Source of the DNA: Centroscyllium fabricii
Taxonomy: Eukaryota
Reading direction: 5' to 3'
Assembly (NCBI GenBank): GCA_051313645.2
Contig: JBNRSN020000016.1
Location: 3,348,001 to 3,412,000 of the forward strand
Length of the DNA: 64,000 nt
The stretch's first letter is position 1. Each line of letters opens with the position of its first letter. This document shows positions 35,521-48,193 of the stretch, one piece after another. Made by a program: the position numbers and the translations under genes. Below the pieces are notes generated by a model. The model ran no database searches. It was not told the origin of the DNA and saw only the letters and a list, made by a program, of their open reading frames with translations.

Positions 35521-38500
35521 TATGCAAGCTGGATTTCACAAAAGAAGGACTTTAGATCTACCCGGTCCAGAGAATTTGTTTAGTTCAAACTTATTTTTGA
35601 CAGCAAGAATGAAGAAATTAATTTGCTGTATATCTGTCACCAGCACTGGTATTTACGTGCTTGACTTCAAAGGGGGAACACGCAATGTCTTGTTGTGGAG
35701 AAGGTCCGTCTTTACGATGTTGAGCATTAAATATTTGTCTTTGAAATAGCAGAAGGAAAATTTGTAAATGTATAGATGAGGCAAACAAAAACCACATACG
35801 ACTAGAACGTTGGAGCTTTCCAGTATTTTTGCATTGATAACGAGAGTGCTTTCTTTTTACTGAAAATGTTTGATAAAAATGCTGTCAGTTGCAAGAAATA
35901 CTGTATGCAGCCGGCCATCTACTGTGATTGCATTTTGACTCGCTGATACTTCACAGGAAACGACATTGAAAGCTCTTCAGAGTTATTTTTTTTCCATGGA
36001 ACAATAAACTTAGCTTTAATCTGCGTAGGACAAAACACATACACTTAACACGTGGTTGTACTGTTTTTTTGAAGAGAAAAAAGTGGGATCAGAACATCTT
36101 TCATAACACAAGGCACTGGAGATATCTCTCCTGTCCCCCTCCGGTGGGGATGAGTTACAAAACTCTCTGGTGTCTCCAATTAATCTTTATTGTTTTATGA
36201 AGGTGATCCCTTGGTAGAATTTTTTGTTTCGAACAAAAACGCGAGGTGGGGTGGGGGGGGGGAAATAAAACAAAATTTGTAGCTTTTTAATTTCTGGGTA
36301 AATTTAGCTCTGACACACACAAAGCATAAAGGGATCCAAAGAGGAACAATTTTTGAATTTATATAGCCATGATGTGAAACAATTTTTGAACTCCATTATT
36401 GACATATAATATATAGTGTATAGTTAGTGCCCTGATGATGTCTTGTCCACACATTTGAGCCTGATGGTACAAGAGATGAATTTCCTCAGTCACTGTCATT
36501 ATTCATCTTTCACCTACTTCCTTGCTACGCTCCTCAACATAACAGTAAACGTAACTGTACACTAAATATTATTAAATAACTAACGACTGTCGGTCAGTGA
36601 GTTTGAGGAAGTAATTCAGTCACTTGGGACTTTGCTCTTGTTTCATGATATCCGAACTGCTTGATTTGAATTCCATTCTTGGTACTTGCTGTAGATCTGA
36701 TCTGTTATCTATTTATTTGAATGCATTACAGGCTTTGGGGGGTGGGAGGGAAATGAAATGTTGTATCTGGGAACGTCGGTAAATGCAGGAAAAATAGCTC
36801 CAGGCTTATCTTGTGATGCAGCTGCCCTCACTCTGGCCTCTGGTGTGTGTGGAAGATGCATTGCCCAGACTTTTCCCTGGTGCCATTTCTGTTTATTTCC
36901 TGCTGCACCATGCCAAGTCTTCCTTCAATTTAAAATAATAAAAATAAAATAGTATAATACTTTGGAATAGTGTTTGGAGAGGTTGTGATTTCCAGGGAAC
37001 GGGGAAGGAGGGTAATGTGATTTCTGATGAGGGAGGGGGCGGGGGATGAGAATCTCCTTACACTTTACAATTCAGGGATGACTCCCATCAAAAAAAAAAG
37101 CCCCAAATATAACCCACCTCGCTTGCACTGTACCACCAGTTTGCACATGTTGGTGGGATGCAGTTGGCAGCTGTCATTGATGTCCCATCAGAATTATACA
37201 CACTCATGCAAATAAAACCCAACAAGTTGAATTCCATGCCAGCTCTTCATTGAGTGACCTTTTCCAGTCCTAACCAGCTTGTTTTTAAAGAGTGAGTCCC
37301 AAATAAAATTTGAATATTTGAGTTGGTACAAGCTATCTTGACCAGCGGCCTCCACTGCATTCTGACAGCAGCCTGGTAAGATAGCTTGCAAATCTGGACA
37401 GGGCAGAAGGTTGGTGATTAGGTGGTGGCAATACCTCACACAGTGCTTATTTGAATTGTCCCCTGCGGAGCTAGATTTCACTGTCGATGCTACAGATGCT
37501 GTGATGGTATAAATTTACACTTCTTTCTCTCCCCCTTAGCTCTGAATATTAACCAGTAGCGCTGGAGTTTATTTGACCCAGAGATTTACAGCCCAGTGTA
37601 TTTTCTGTTTACCTAACTGACTCGACATGAGGTTTTTATTCAATATTGAGAAATAAACCATTGTTCAGTAAATTCAGCTGCTTGGTGATGTGTTTCTAGG
37701 GACTGCATTTATTTGTGGGCAATGTTAAATGAAGGTTGGAGCAGTTTGGGGGGGGGGGGGGGGTAGGAAAAATACTTGAAGTACTTCATTTTCTCCGTGC
37801 AGCTTGAAGACTCTGATCAGCCAGCAGAACCCTGGGAATAGGGAATGGAACGGCTCGAATTCCCTGATTGCTATCCAGTTGGATGGTGTACATGTGTGGT
37901 CGATGAGCAAGGACAGGATTGGGTTTGAGTGGGATACATCCCTGTCTCCAAAGTCAAATTGTTTAGTGGCCCCACTGTCTTGACTTGCTCATGAAGTTTG
38001 GCGCATGGGTGTGAGGTGCAGGAGGGCTCCTTGGAACAGGTCCCTGCGTGAGTTGGCACCTATTTGGGGGGGGTGCAACTTACGCATCATAGCATCTGCA
38101 TGCGATGGACGGACCAACCAATGAGCTGAATGTGGTAAATGGGAGTGAAGGTTCTTCCACTCAGTGTGTTGTTACTGCTCCTGCAATGCTTCTGGGGGAC
38201 CTGATGGGTTGAGTAACCTTGGGGTCAAGTTGAAGTGTTTTATTTTGCAAAGTGGGATGGTGGGAGTTGGGTTGGTTACTGTTCAAAAAAAAAAAGCCAA
38301 GGCCCCAAATTGTAACTCAACCTTCTGACTCTGAGCCTTGCAGGGGGGGAAAAAGGGACCAATATATTAAACTTTTCCAAGTGTGTACAAGCTAGTGTGC
38401 GCAGTATTCCCCGACAGTGTGTACAAGCTAGTGTGTGCAGTATTCACCGACAGTGTGTACAAGCGAGTGTGTGCAGTGTTCAAAGTGTTGGGAGACACTG

Positions 38501-41500
38501 ACAGCAATCCAGTTTGAACACATCTTGGGGGACTGGGTGGTGCAGCGATTTTCAACCTTGTTCTTTCACCTCCTGAGGTCTGGGCACAAAACCAGACTGT
38601 TGGGATGGCCATCTCTGCTGTCTAGAAGTAGCTGACGTGAAATGCGTTTCGGCGGTCTCGACCCAGCTCCTGGTGGTCGTGTCCCCACTGTACCAGTTGG
38701 CACGAAAGCGGTAATCTCATTTGAGATGCTGGTGTTAAAATGGCTAAAGAGTGCACTGATTTACGGGTGGATCATGTGGAAGTTGGGATAGTTTAGAGGG
38801 AGCATACACGCGAGCGGACCTGTGCTACACCTGACTTTCGGGAGTGCTCGAAATGGAAAATTCACCGTAAAAGCAAGTTAGTTTTAACCCTGTGAAAACC
38901 TAACTTGGTGGTTTTGCTGTAATTGCACTGTAACGTAATCATTGCCTTGTTTTTGATGGGGCTTTTTAACTTCGGTTCCTGATGGCTTGTTTTGCTCGAT
39001 CTGTTTCCCTTCTGCCTCCAAATCTGGAACGACCTGTAGGTATGACATTTTTTGAAAGTTTTTTTTTTTTTTTTTTTAGCAGCGACACTTTCTTTGCTCC
39101 TAGCATCTCGACCTTTGATTTCTTTAAAGTCTTGTGATAGGTTCTGCTTTGGTGCTTCAAGCATAAGCAAGTAGGTTTGCAACATATTTAATCTGGTATC
39201 AGACTTGGCATTATCAGAGGACGCACTTGGTGCATTGCATGTACCTTCAATTAGATTGTGTCAGACAGATTCTGATTAAGTCATGGGGTTTTGTATTTTT
39301 TGTGTGAGATGCGATGATTTAAAAACTGGAAGCTTTTGACCAAATGTCCAAACCGAAGATCACATTCCTGGCCTCTTGCCTAATGTTCTGGATCTTGTGA
39401 TGATTCATTCCTGAAAACAAGGTTTAGATTTTTGCCATTTTATGGGGTTTTTTTTTAATTACAGAACTGGATGAAACTTATTCAACTCTTTGAGTGCTGT
39501 CTGCAACAGACAATGCAGGCTTGAAAAATTGATTCCATAAAGTTACTGAGAATTTGGATGCGGAGTCCTGAAATTTTGTTCATTTCTTGGCTTTTTAGCA
39601 GCTGCTGGGAATCTTCACATAATTGCTGCTGTTTGGGTCTTGATGGAGGTGCAGAAACCCTGCTCTCTTTTTCATGTCATTGCTTTGAGGTATTTGATGT
39701 CTCGTGTCCAAATACAGTTTTAAGGATTACTTCTGAAAAGGCTTTACAATGCCAGAGATTTGAATTATTTGCACATCATGATTGGCTGAAATGATTTGCA
39801 ATGTGAATTTTCAGGTTTTGGGTTGGAAGATGGGACTAAAAGGCAGAATAAAAATTTCAAAACACCGTGTAGCTTCATGTAAATTCTTCATTAAAGGTGG
39901 GTGAGTGCCTGTCATTATTGCTAAGTGTTGCATTTCATTGACATGAGCAAGTGGATTCCAATGGGATATGTAACACTCCCATCTCCAGGCCAAACTGAGC
40001 ATTCCCCCCCTCCCCAGAGTAGCAGACACATCCAACAGGCTCCTGGTGAAAGCAGATGAATCCTGAATCAATTAACTTCAAAAGGGAACTGGATAATATC
40101 ACTGTTAACAGGATTAAAGGCTGCTGGTCCGGGGTAGACTGAGGTGATCCAATGGCCCATGGAAGGTAAGGGTTCCTGTATTGATGAGTGGGGTGGGGCG
40201 AGCGGATTGCCTGTGGTAGAGAGCGGGCCACTGTTGAACAGTGGAGGTGTGGCCTGTGTGAAGATGTGAGAAGACCATCTCTTAGCTTGTCTGCTTTTAT
40301 TTTTTTATAGCAGTTTTTATAAAAATCTAGTTTTGCTGCACTAACTTCGAATAAAATGCATGTAGAGTGTGCATTGAAGGTGAAATGTTGATTGCTATTC
40401 AGGTGCAGAATCTCCATTTAAATTTATGCCTCTTTCCAATTTTTGATTTGAGTTGAAATGCAGAAGCACTGAATCAGTGTACAGATTCTGTGCTTTGAAG
40501 TGAGTCCGTCGTGACTATCGCTGCAGCAACGACGAAACAGCATGGAAAATGTGAAGATTGATACACCCATTAGTTGTCTCATTTTTATGGTGCTGTTTTT
40601 CCTGGAATGGTTCCCCACAAGCCTTGCTGGTCTCGATGGAAAAACCTGGTCTTTCCCACAATTGTTGTGCAGGAATTTTGTATGCAGAGGCCTCCTTCCC
40701 CCCGCCCCCCCCCCACACACACACACACACACACACACTTTCCTTGACATGCAGTTAGGATCAAGTTAAGGGACCCAAGAAAGTTCAAGTGGAAAGTTGA
40801 GTTGGGTAGAAATTGAAAAGGAATACCTGTTTTAATTAAAAATGGGATTTATTCAAGGTGGTTAGGATTTTTTTAATGCTGTTGGATGATTAGGCATTAC
40901 AGTACTATTAATGGAAAAAATCCTATGTTGGTGGTTTTACAACATCTCCATTACCAGTGCTATGAGCTCCTTCCCTGATGACCTGCATTGTTCTGGTATC
41001 ATTTGTCCACTTGCCTTTTGGGGAGGAGAGTGGGGAAAGAGAACAGACACGTGCATTCTCATCTTCTGCTCCATCGCTTTATGTTTGGTGCTCTTGTTGG
41101 GAATGGGAGTTCCATCGAAGCAGACAGCAAATATATTTGAAGTTGAGAGCTTATAAACTATTAACCCAATGGACTTCATTGCCATCACACGGGGCTTCTC
41201 TTGGCTCCACCTGGAACTGTACTGGAACAGGTGGTGGATCTACACGCCAACACCCACCACATTGCAGTCGTGTGCTGTGCCCTTACCCTCTGGAGAGAGA
41301 CATGAGAACTAGATACTGGAATATTTTTTGTGGGGGGAGGCAGGAAGAGAAGAAGTATTGATACCTCTTGAGATGTTTGAAAATTTTGGGCAGGGGTTAG
41401 AGAGAAGTTCTCTAACTTTTTTAAAGCATCTGCAAGTTCAAATCTGAGGCATGATCAAGTAGCAATAATAGACTTCATGTACTGTCCTGCCACAGTTGAG

Positions 41501-41790
41501 GTCACAATGCTGTGTTTTGGTAGCAAGTTTGCAGGTTCTTGTGTACACACTTGTGTAGGAAACATGAGCACCTTTTTGTCCCATCACATTCCCCGTCTCC
41601 CCCGCCCCCCAGGTGTGGTATAAATATATCAAGACATTTGGATTTTTCAATTTTTTTAAAAATGGGATTTAATGACTGACTGCCCTGAAAGCATAAGCGA
41701 TTCTAACGTGCTTTCTTGATGAATTGTACCTCTCTGTCTATATGTACTTCAAAAACGTTGTTAATAAAATGAAATTCAAGAATTTGAATG
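35521..41790 (+). other. LSM14A: Probable long 3' UTR of LSM14A with several candidate polyA signals
   Basis: AT-rich and nearly free of transposons compared with the flanks. AATAAA occurs near 36003, 36937, 37652, 40350 and 41763. The true end cannot be determined from sequence. Confidence 0.5.
38381..38481. repeat. 36-bp tandem repeat, ~2.8 copies
   Basis: gtgtgtacaagctagtgtg(c/t)gcagtattc(c/a)ccgaca. Confidence 0.88.
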
Positions 41791-42749
41791 CGTGGAGTTT
41801 CTCTGCAGAATTCCTTCCTCCAGAATGCCAAGTTGGGAAGCGAATGCTTACCATGTGGCTGTTAATGTGATCACCGGTTTCCATCTCGAAGCATGCGGTG
41901 TTTGATCTCATCATAGAATCATACAGCACAGAAAGGAGGCCATTCGGCCCATCGTGCCTGCTCTTTGAAAGCTATCAAATTAATCCCCCTCCCCCGTGCT
42001 CTTTTCCCCAGAGCCCTGCAAATGTCTCTGTTTCAAGTATTTCTCCAATCCCCTTTTAAAAGTTAAGATTGAACTTCCACCGCCCTTTCAGGCAGCCCAT
42101 TCCAGATCACAACAATTCGCTGCGGGGAAAAAATAAAATTATCCCCTCTGGTTCTTTTGCCAATTACCTTAAATCTGTGCCTGCAGCAGTTTCTGGGAGT
42201 CCATTATGGGGCTTTCCAACATTGTTTAGGTCATCAAGTTCATTTTGAATAGACAATTCCATTATATTCCCTGTCCTGATGTCCAACTCCAAATCTGAAG
42301 CTGATTTTCTCAATGGGCATGACTTGAGTGTTTTAATTTCTTTTAAGGGCAAATTAGACATTCAATAGCCAAAAACATGCATTTACATAGTGCAAACCCT
42401 GACATACACTACCACATGTGCGGGTGAACACGGCAGCTATCATTTTGCACGCAGGTGTTGGCTGTTATTCAGTGGGTAGCACTCTCACCTCCGTGTCAGG
42501 AAGTGTTGGGTTCAAACCCCACTCGACCTGAGCGCACAAATCTGTGCAGTACGGAGGGTGTTGTGCACTGTTGGAGGTGCCATCTTTCGGATGAGATATT
42601 AACAGAGATACCATCAGAGACAGGAATGCTGCCACTTCAAGGACACCTTCATTGGACTTGCAAGCTGAGCAGAGAGGTGGCAGCTGCAGTTCAACACAAA
42701 ATAATTACTAAATTTTTAAACTAAGATTTGGAGAAGAATACACCTTAAA

Positions 42750-43739
42750 TGGTCACTTGATAAATGTGAGCAAAGGTGTGCAGATACACAGGTAATTGAA
42801 AGTGGCAGAAGAAGCACATGAGCCCAGAAAGAAGGCAAGCAGATTCTTTGCTTTTATGTCTCGAGATTGGGAATACAAGCCCTGAATCGCATAGGCTCTT
42901 GCCTTCTTGACTAGCCTCCTATGCGGGACTTCGTCAAAAGCCTTACTAAATAAAATCCATGTTTCCCACATCCATTGCACTACCCTCATCCACACACCTG
43001 GATACCCCCTCGAAAAATTTAATCAAATTGGTCAAACATGATCTCCCCTTGACAAAGCTATGTTGACTATTCTTGATTAATCCTTGCCTCTCCAAGTGGA
43101 GACTAATTCAGTCCCTCAAAAAATTTTCCAATAATTTCCCTACCACTGATGTTAGACTCACTGGCCTGTAATTCCCTGGTTTATCCCTACTACCCTTCTT
43201 GAATAATGGTACTACGTTAGCTGTTCTCCAGTCCTCTGGCACATCCCCTGTGGCCAGAGAGGTTCTGAAAATTTGTGTCGGAGCCCCTGCAATCTCCTTT
43301 GCCTCGCACAGCAGCCTGGCGATTTATCCACTTTTAAGCCTGCTAAAACCGTTAGTACCTCCTCCCTCTCGATACTAATTTGTTCAAATATATCACAGTC
43401 CCCCTGCCTGATTTCTATTCCTTTAGGGCATCCTCTCTCTCTAGTCCTTTGTATCTGCCAAAAGCCCCTCTTCCTAATCCATTTTCTCTCTTTCACCTGA
43501 CGAAGGGGCAAAAGCTCCAAAAGCTTGTGATTTAAAATAAAACTGTTGGACTATAATCTGGTGTTGTGTGACTTCTTGCATTTGTCCACCCCAGTCCAAC
43601 AGCGGCACCTCCACATCATGTATATCCCTTGACATCCAGGGTTCCCTGGGCTTGTTTGGCCCACCCTTGACCTTTACGGAAACATATTGCCATTATACTC
43701 TCTCAATTTTCTTTCTGAAAGACTCACTGCTCTGATGTG
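42750..43739 (-). mobile_element. Degenerate CR1 fragment carrying a Penelope pLTR insert (43487-43619)
   Basis: Collinear with parts of 2480-3460. It breaks at ...ctctgatgtg, where the GA microsatellite and RTE-X array begin. Confidence 0.8.
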
Positions 43740-43880
43740 AGAGGGAGTGTGTGTGAGGGAGAGAGGGAGTACGTGTGTGGGAGAGGGGGAGGGAGGGTGA
43801 GAGAGCGGGAGGGAGTGAGTGAGGGGGAGGAAGTGTGAGGGAGGGAGTGTGAAAGGGAGGAAGTGAGAGTAGGAGTGAGT

Positions 43881-44075
43881 CAAATTTTGGAAACATCTAT
43901 AAATGAGCACATGCGTGATGACGTCGGGCACGTTTGTGCGCATGCGCGGTGATGTCATGACATCGGCGTGTCGGCACCGGCCGCGAGGGAGCAGCGCGCC
44001 TCGGGGGCCGGTGCCTGAAGTCTGTGGGTCTGACGGATTCGTCGGTGCATAGCGATCCGCCACGTGTGTGTGTGT

Positions 44076-44106
<31 letters not shown>

Positions 44107-44241
44107 TTATACATGGGTATATTTGTCCATTCACTTTGTCTAGATCTGCGTTTGTATGTTCAATTGTATATGTCCTTTTTCTGTGCTTTGGCAACATAAG
44201 ATGTATCTTGTCATGCCAGTAAAGCAATCTGAATTTAATTG
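43881..44241 (+). mobile_element. RTE-X-like unit A (short remnant + 3' tail)
   Basis: Starts caaattttggaaacatcta (KFWKHL, as in units B and F) and ends gctttggca..tgccagtaaagc..aattg, followed by GA repeats. Confidence 0.65.
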
Positions 44242-44415
44242 AGAGGGAGTGTGAGAGAGTCAGAGAGAGAGAGAGAGAGAGAGTGTGTGAGAGTCAGAGA
44301 GAGAGACTGGCCCATCCCACACATGGAAAAAAAACTACAATAAAAAACCAACTTATTACAATAAATGACCAATCTTAACATGAAATCGTTGCGCATCTCG
44401 ACCTGGAATATCCAA

Positions 44416-45086
44416 TGTAAGAAGTCACACAACACCAGGTTATAGTCCAACAGTTTTATTTGAAATCACAAGCTTTCGGAGCGTTACTCCTTCATCAGGT
44501 GTAAGAGAGATGCATTTAAACACAGCATACATAGTCGGAGAACAATGTAATCTTGCAAAATCATCGAGCAGAGGCTGATAGCCAAGTTCCGCACTCATGA
44601 GCATGGCCTCAACCGAGATCTTGGCTTCATGTCGCACTACATATGACCCCACCTGACGTCGTCATCCAGACTCGAGTTGTCTTTGGCTTGTCCTCACTAC
44701 AGATGCAGCTGGACCGGCTGCTATTTCCAGCAAGAAAAATCTTTTTTTTTATTGTTCTGTGTGGGTTTTCACACAGACCCAGACTGCAACATTTGACCCT
44801 TTGTGACTGCACCTCATTGTTCCTGGGGTGGTGCCTGCCTGACTGACTGATCTGTTTAAACACCATTCACACCTTTGATTGCTATGAATGTCTCTCTGCC
44901 GAGGTGTGATGAAGGGCAGTTGGAAAGATTACATTGTTCTCCGTCTATATATGCTGTGTCTCTTACACCTGATGAAGGAGCTGTGCTCCGAAAGCTTGTG
45001 ATTTCAAATAAAACTGTTGGACTATAACCTGGTGTGCGACTTCTTACATTTGTCCACCCCAGTCCAACACCGGCACCTCCACATCA
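44416..45086 (+). mobile_element. Penelope-like element: inverted pLTR + GIY-YIG C-terminal remnant + pLTR, 12-bp TSD
   Basis: 44554-44646 encodes CKIIEQRLIAKFRTHEHGLNRDLGFMSHYI*. Long inverted repeats (~135 bp). TGGAATATCCAA occurs at 44404-44415 and 45087-45098. Confidence 0.85.
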
Positions 45087-47249
45087 TGGAATATCCAAGG
45101 CCGACGCTCTTATGTGTTTGGTTTGAACAGCAGGACCCCAGAGTTCTTAGAGGAAATCAAAGATCTGGACATTATGATTTTGCAAGGAGCCTGGTGTAGA
45201 GGAGAATGGTCCACTGGGTGTCCCCCTGGGTACACAGAGTTGGTGGTTCCCTCCAATAAACTGCCAGGCGTAACCCAGGGTAGAGTGACTCAGGAGGCAT
45301 GTTGATTTGGCTTAAAGCAGAGATTAGGAATTGCATTGAATTTATAATAAAGGGCGAAAATCATATGTGGCTCAAGATTAAGAAAGACAATTTCTAGCAG
45401 GCAGAATGTTTTTATCTGCACAATCTATATCCCCCCTATAGAATCCCCATACTCCAAAGAGGACACCTTCCCCAACATTGAGAGAGAGATGAGCCATTTC
45501 CAGGCCCTTGGAAATGTGTTGATCTGTGGTGATCTCAACTCAAGAACTGGTGAAGAATCAGACTTTATCAGTTCTCGGGGGAATAATTACATATTTGGGA
45601 ATAACCATTTTGATCTTCCTTCTCGTTCACACAGGAATAATTACGACTAACAAACAAACGCAAATGGAAAGCAGCTCCTGCAGCTCTGTCGAAGCCTGGG
45701 TCTGTACATTGTCAACGGTAGGTTCAGAGGGGACTCTCTAGGAAGATCAATCTACTCTTCACCTCTTGGCACCAGCACCGTAGACTATATGATTACGGAT
45801 CTGGATCCATCCTCTTTCAGAGCATTCACAGTCAAACCACAAACACCTTTGTCAGATCACAGCCAAATTACTGCGTATATCAAAAGGGCAGAAACAACCA
45901 ACACAGAAACACAGCCCAGTAAGCTGTACAACATTTAAAAATCACACAGATGGGCCCAAAGCAGCACTGAAAAATACCAAAAAGCGACTGACTGCTAATT
46001 GCTTTTTGGTATTTTTCAATCAACTCAATCTCTCTTAGGCACCTTTCTGGAAAACACATACACCCACAATAAAGAAGGCGTAAATCTGGCAGTGAACAAC
46101 ATAAATCATATTTTTGATAATTTGGCATCAATGTCCGACTTGAAATTTTCCCAGAATAAATCCAAAACACAAAATCACAAAAAATGGTTTGATTCAGACT
46201 GTCATAACAGGAGGAAAAAACTCAGAAAAATATCAAACCAAAAACACAGACAACCAGAAAATGAGGAATTAATGTCAGGCACTAACACTAACACAATATA
46301 AAAACACACTCCGAACCAAGAAAGAACAGTATATTAAGAAAAAACTCAGCGTCATTGAAGAATCTATTCATTCTAATTGTTTCTGGGACAGCTGGAACAC
46401 ATTACACAAAAAGCAACAAGATGAATTGCCCATTCAAAATGGAGAGATATGGGAAAACCATTTTGAATGGGCAATTCATCTTGCTGCATACTAAACGAGA
46501 TGCTTAAACACACTGACAGTAAATTGAAATTGGCTATCCTGAAACTCTTCAACTTGGTTCTGAGTGTCGGTTACTTCCCTGATGTCTGGAACAAAGGACT
46601 CATGATGCCCATATATAAAAGTGGAGACAAACTCGACCCAAATAATTACTGAGGCATCTGTGTGAACAGTAATCTGGGGAAGGTATTCTGTAGTATAAAC
46701 AAAAGACTTACAAACTTTCTTACGGAGCACAATGTCCTGAGTAACAGCCAAATTGGATTCTTACCAAATTATAGAACATCTGACCATATTTTCACCCTAC
46801 ACACCCTAATTGACAAACATGTCCACCAAAACAAAAGCAAAATTTTTGCCTACTTTATAGATTTCCAACAGGCATTCGATTCTATTTGGCACGACGGTCT
46901 ATTCTTAAAACTTATTGAAAGTGGGGTAGGGGGAAAAACATACTGTAATGATATTGAGACTTCTGGCAGGAAGTCGGATGAACTCTGCTTATGAACTTCC
47001 AGTGACATCATTTCCTGTACATGTCACTTCCTGTGTAGTAGTATAAATTCTGCTACTATTCAGTCTGAGATAATGCTTCTCTATGTAAATATGTTAAAAC
47101 TCTCAACTCTGTAAATAGCTGATTAAAGCTTTGCTTAAAGTATTTGATGTGTAAGTCGCTTTTGTCACATCAATTTAATCAGCTACTACGCTCAAAATTT
47201 TTGACACCTTCGGACAAAAAGGAACTGAGGACCCAGGGAACCACCCATC

Positions 47250-48154
47250 ATGGAGAGCCTCTTCAAACCCAGAACTCTTGACCTGGATCCGAACTCGCCA
47301 TCAGCCGCAAAGGTATGGAAGCACTGCTACCATACTTTTGAAAATTTCCTGGAAGAATGTGGTGCGAGTGATACTGCTAAACTCCGGCTACTGGTAAACT
47401 ATGTATCCCCTAACGTGTATGAATATCTGGACAATTGGGATAACTTTAATGAAGCAATCCGAGCTCTTAAAGAACTGTATACAAAGCCACCCAACGAGAT
47501 TTATGCTAGACATATACTGGCCACAGCCCGGCAAGGGCCGGAGGAATCTATCGGTGAATTCCTGCAGACACTGCGCAGGCTCAGTACGAACTGTAACTTT
47601 CAGGCAGCCTCGGCCGCGCTTTACCGTGAGGAAATGATCCGCGATGCCTTCATCAGCGGGATTTCCTCCCCACTGATACGCCACTGGAGAGTAAGGCCCT
47701 AGAGTTGCAAAAAACTTTCGAACTGGCTTGCTCTCTTGATCTAGCAAAAAGAAACTCAGATCTTTATCAGTGGCCCAGAGCTCGAAGTGCTGCTGTAACT
47801 TCAAGCAGACCTTTCAAGGGGCCACAGGTGAACCCAATCATAGACGACTCTAGCCCTGATGAGCTTAGTGATGAGGAGGAGGATGACCCTACACTAGCAG
47901 CCTCTTGGCAGTCCAGGAAAAACTGCTTCTTTTGTGGAGATATCTTCCACCCAAGAAAATTCTGCCCAGCCCGTAATGCAATCTGCAGCTACTGCAGCAA
48001 AAAAGGGCACTTTGCAAAGGTGTGCCAATCCAGAACTTCTGCACGAGCTAATCAAGCTAGGCCCTACAGAGCTGCTCCAATTAGGGCCTACCAGGGTGCA
48101 TCAATTAGGCCCTATCAAGACGCACCAGCCAGGACCTATCAGGCTCCCACTTGA
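47250..48154 (+). pseudogene. Gypsy gag (frameshifted near 47690-47705), with tandem zinc knuckles
   Basis: ARQGPEESIGEF..LRRL...C.F and IRDAFISG capsid-like motifs; CFFCG..HPRKFC and CSYCSKKGHFAKVC knuckles. Confidence 0.85.
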
Positions 48155-48193
48155 AGGAGCTCGTCTAGAATCACTGCTGCACTCTGTGCTATC

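Noticed and set aside
36427-36470. C/D-box-like motif (TGATGA...CTGA with a terminal stem) in the 3' UTR
   Set aside because: Only ~44 nt, too short for a snoRNA and not intronic; a chance match is likely, although a K-turn cannot be excluded.
36700-42700. Numerous 60-160 aa ORFs
   Set aside because: No recognisable domains or splice context; expected by chance in UTR and intergenic DNA.
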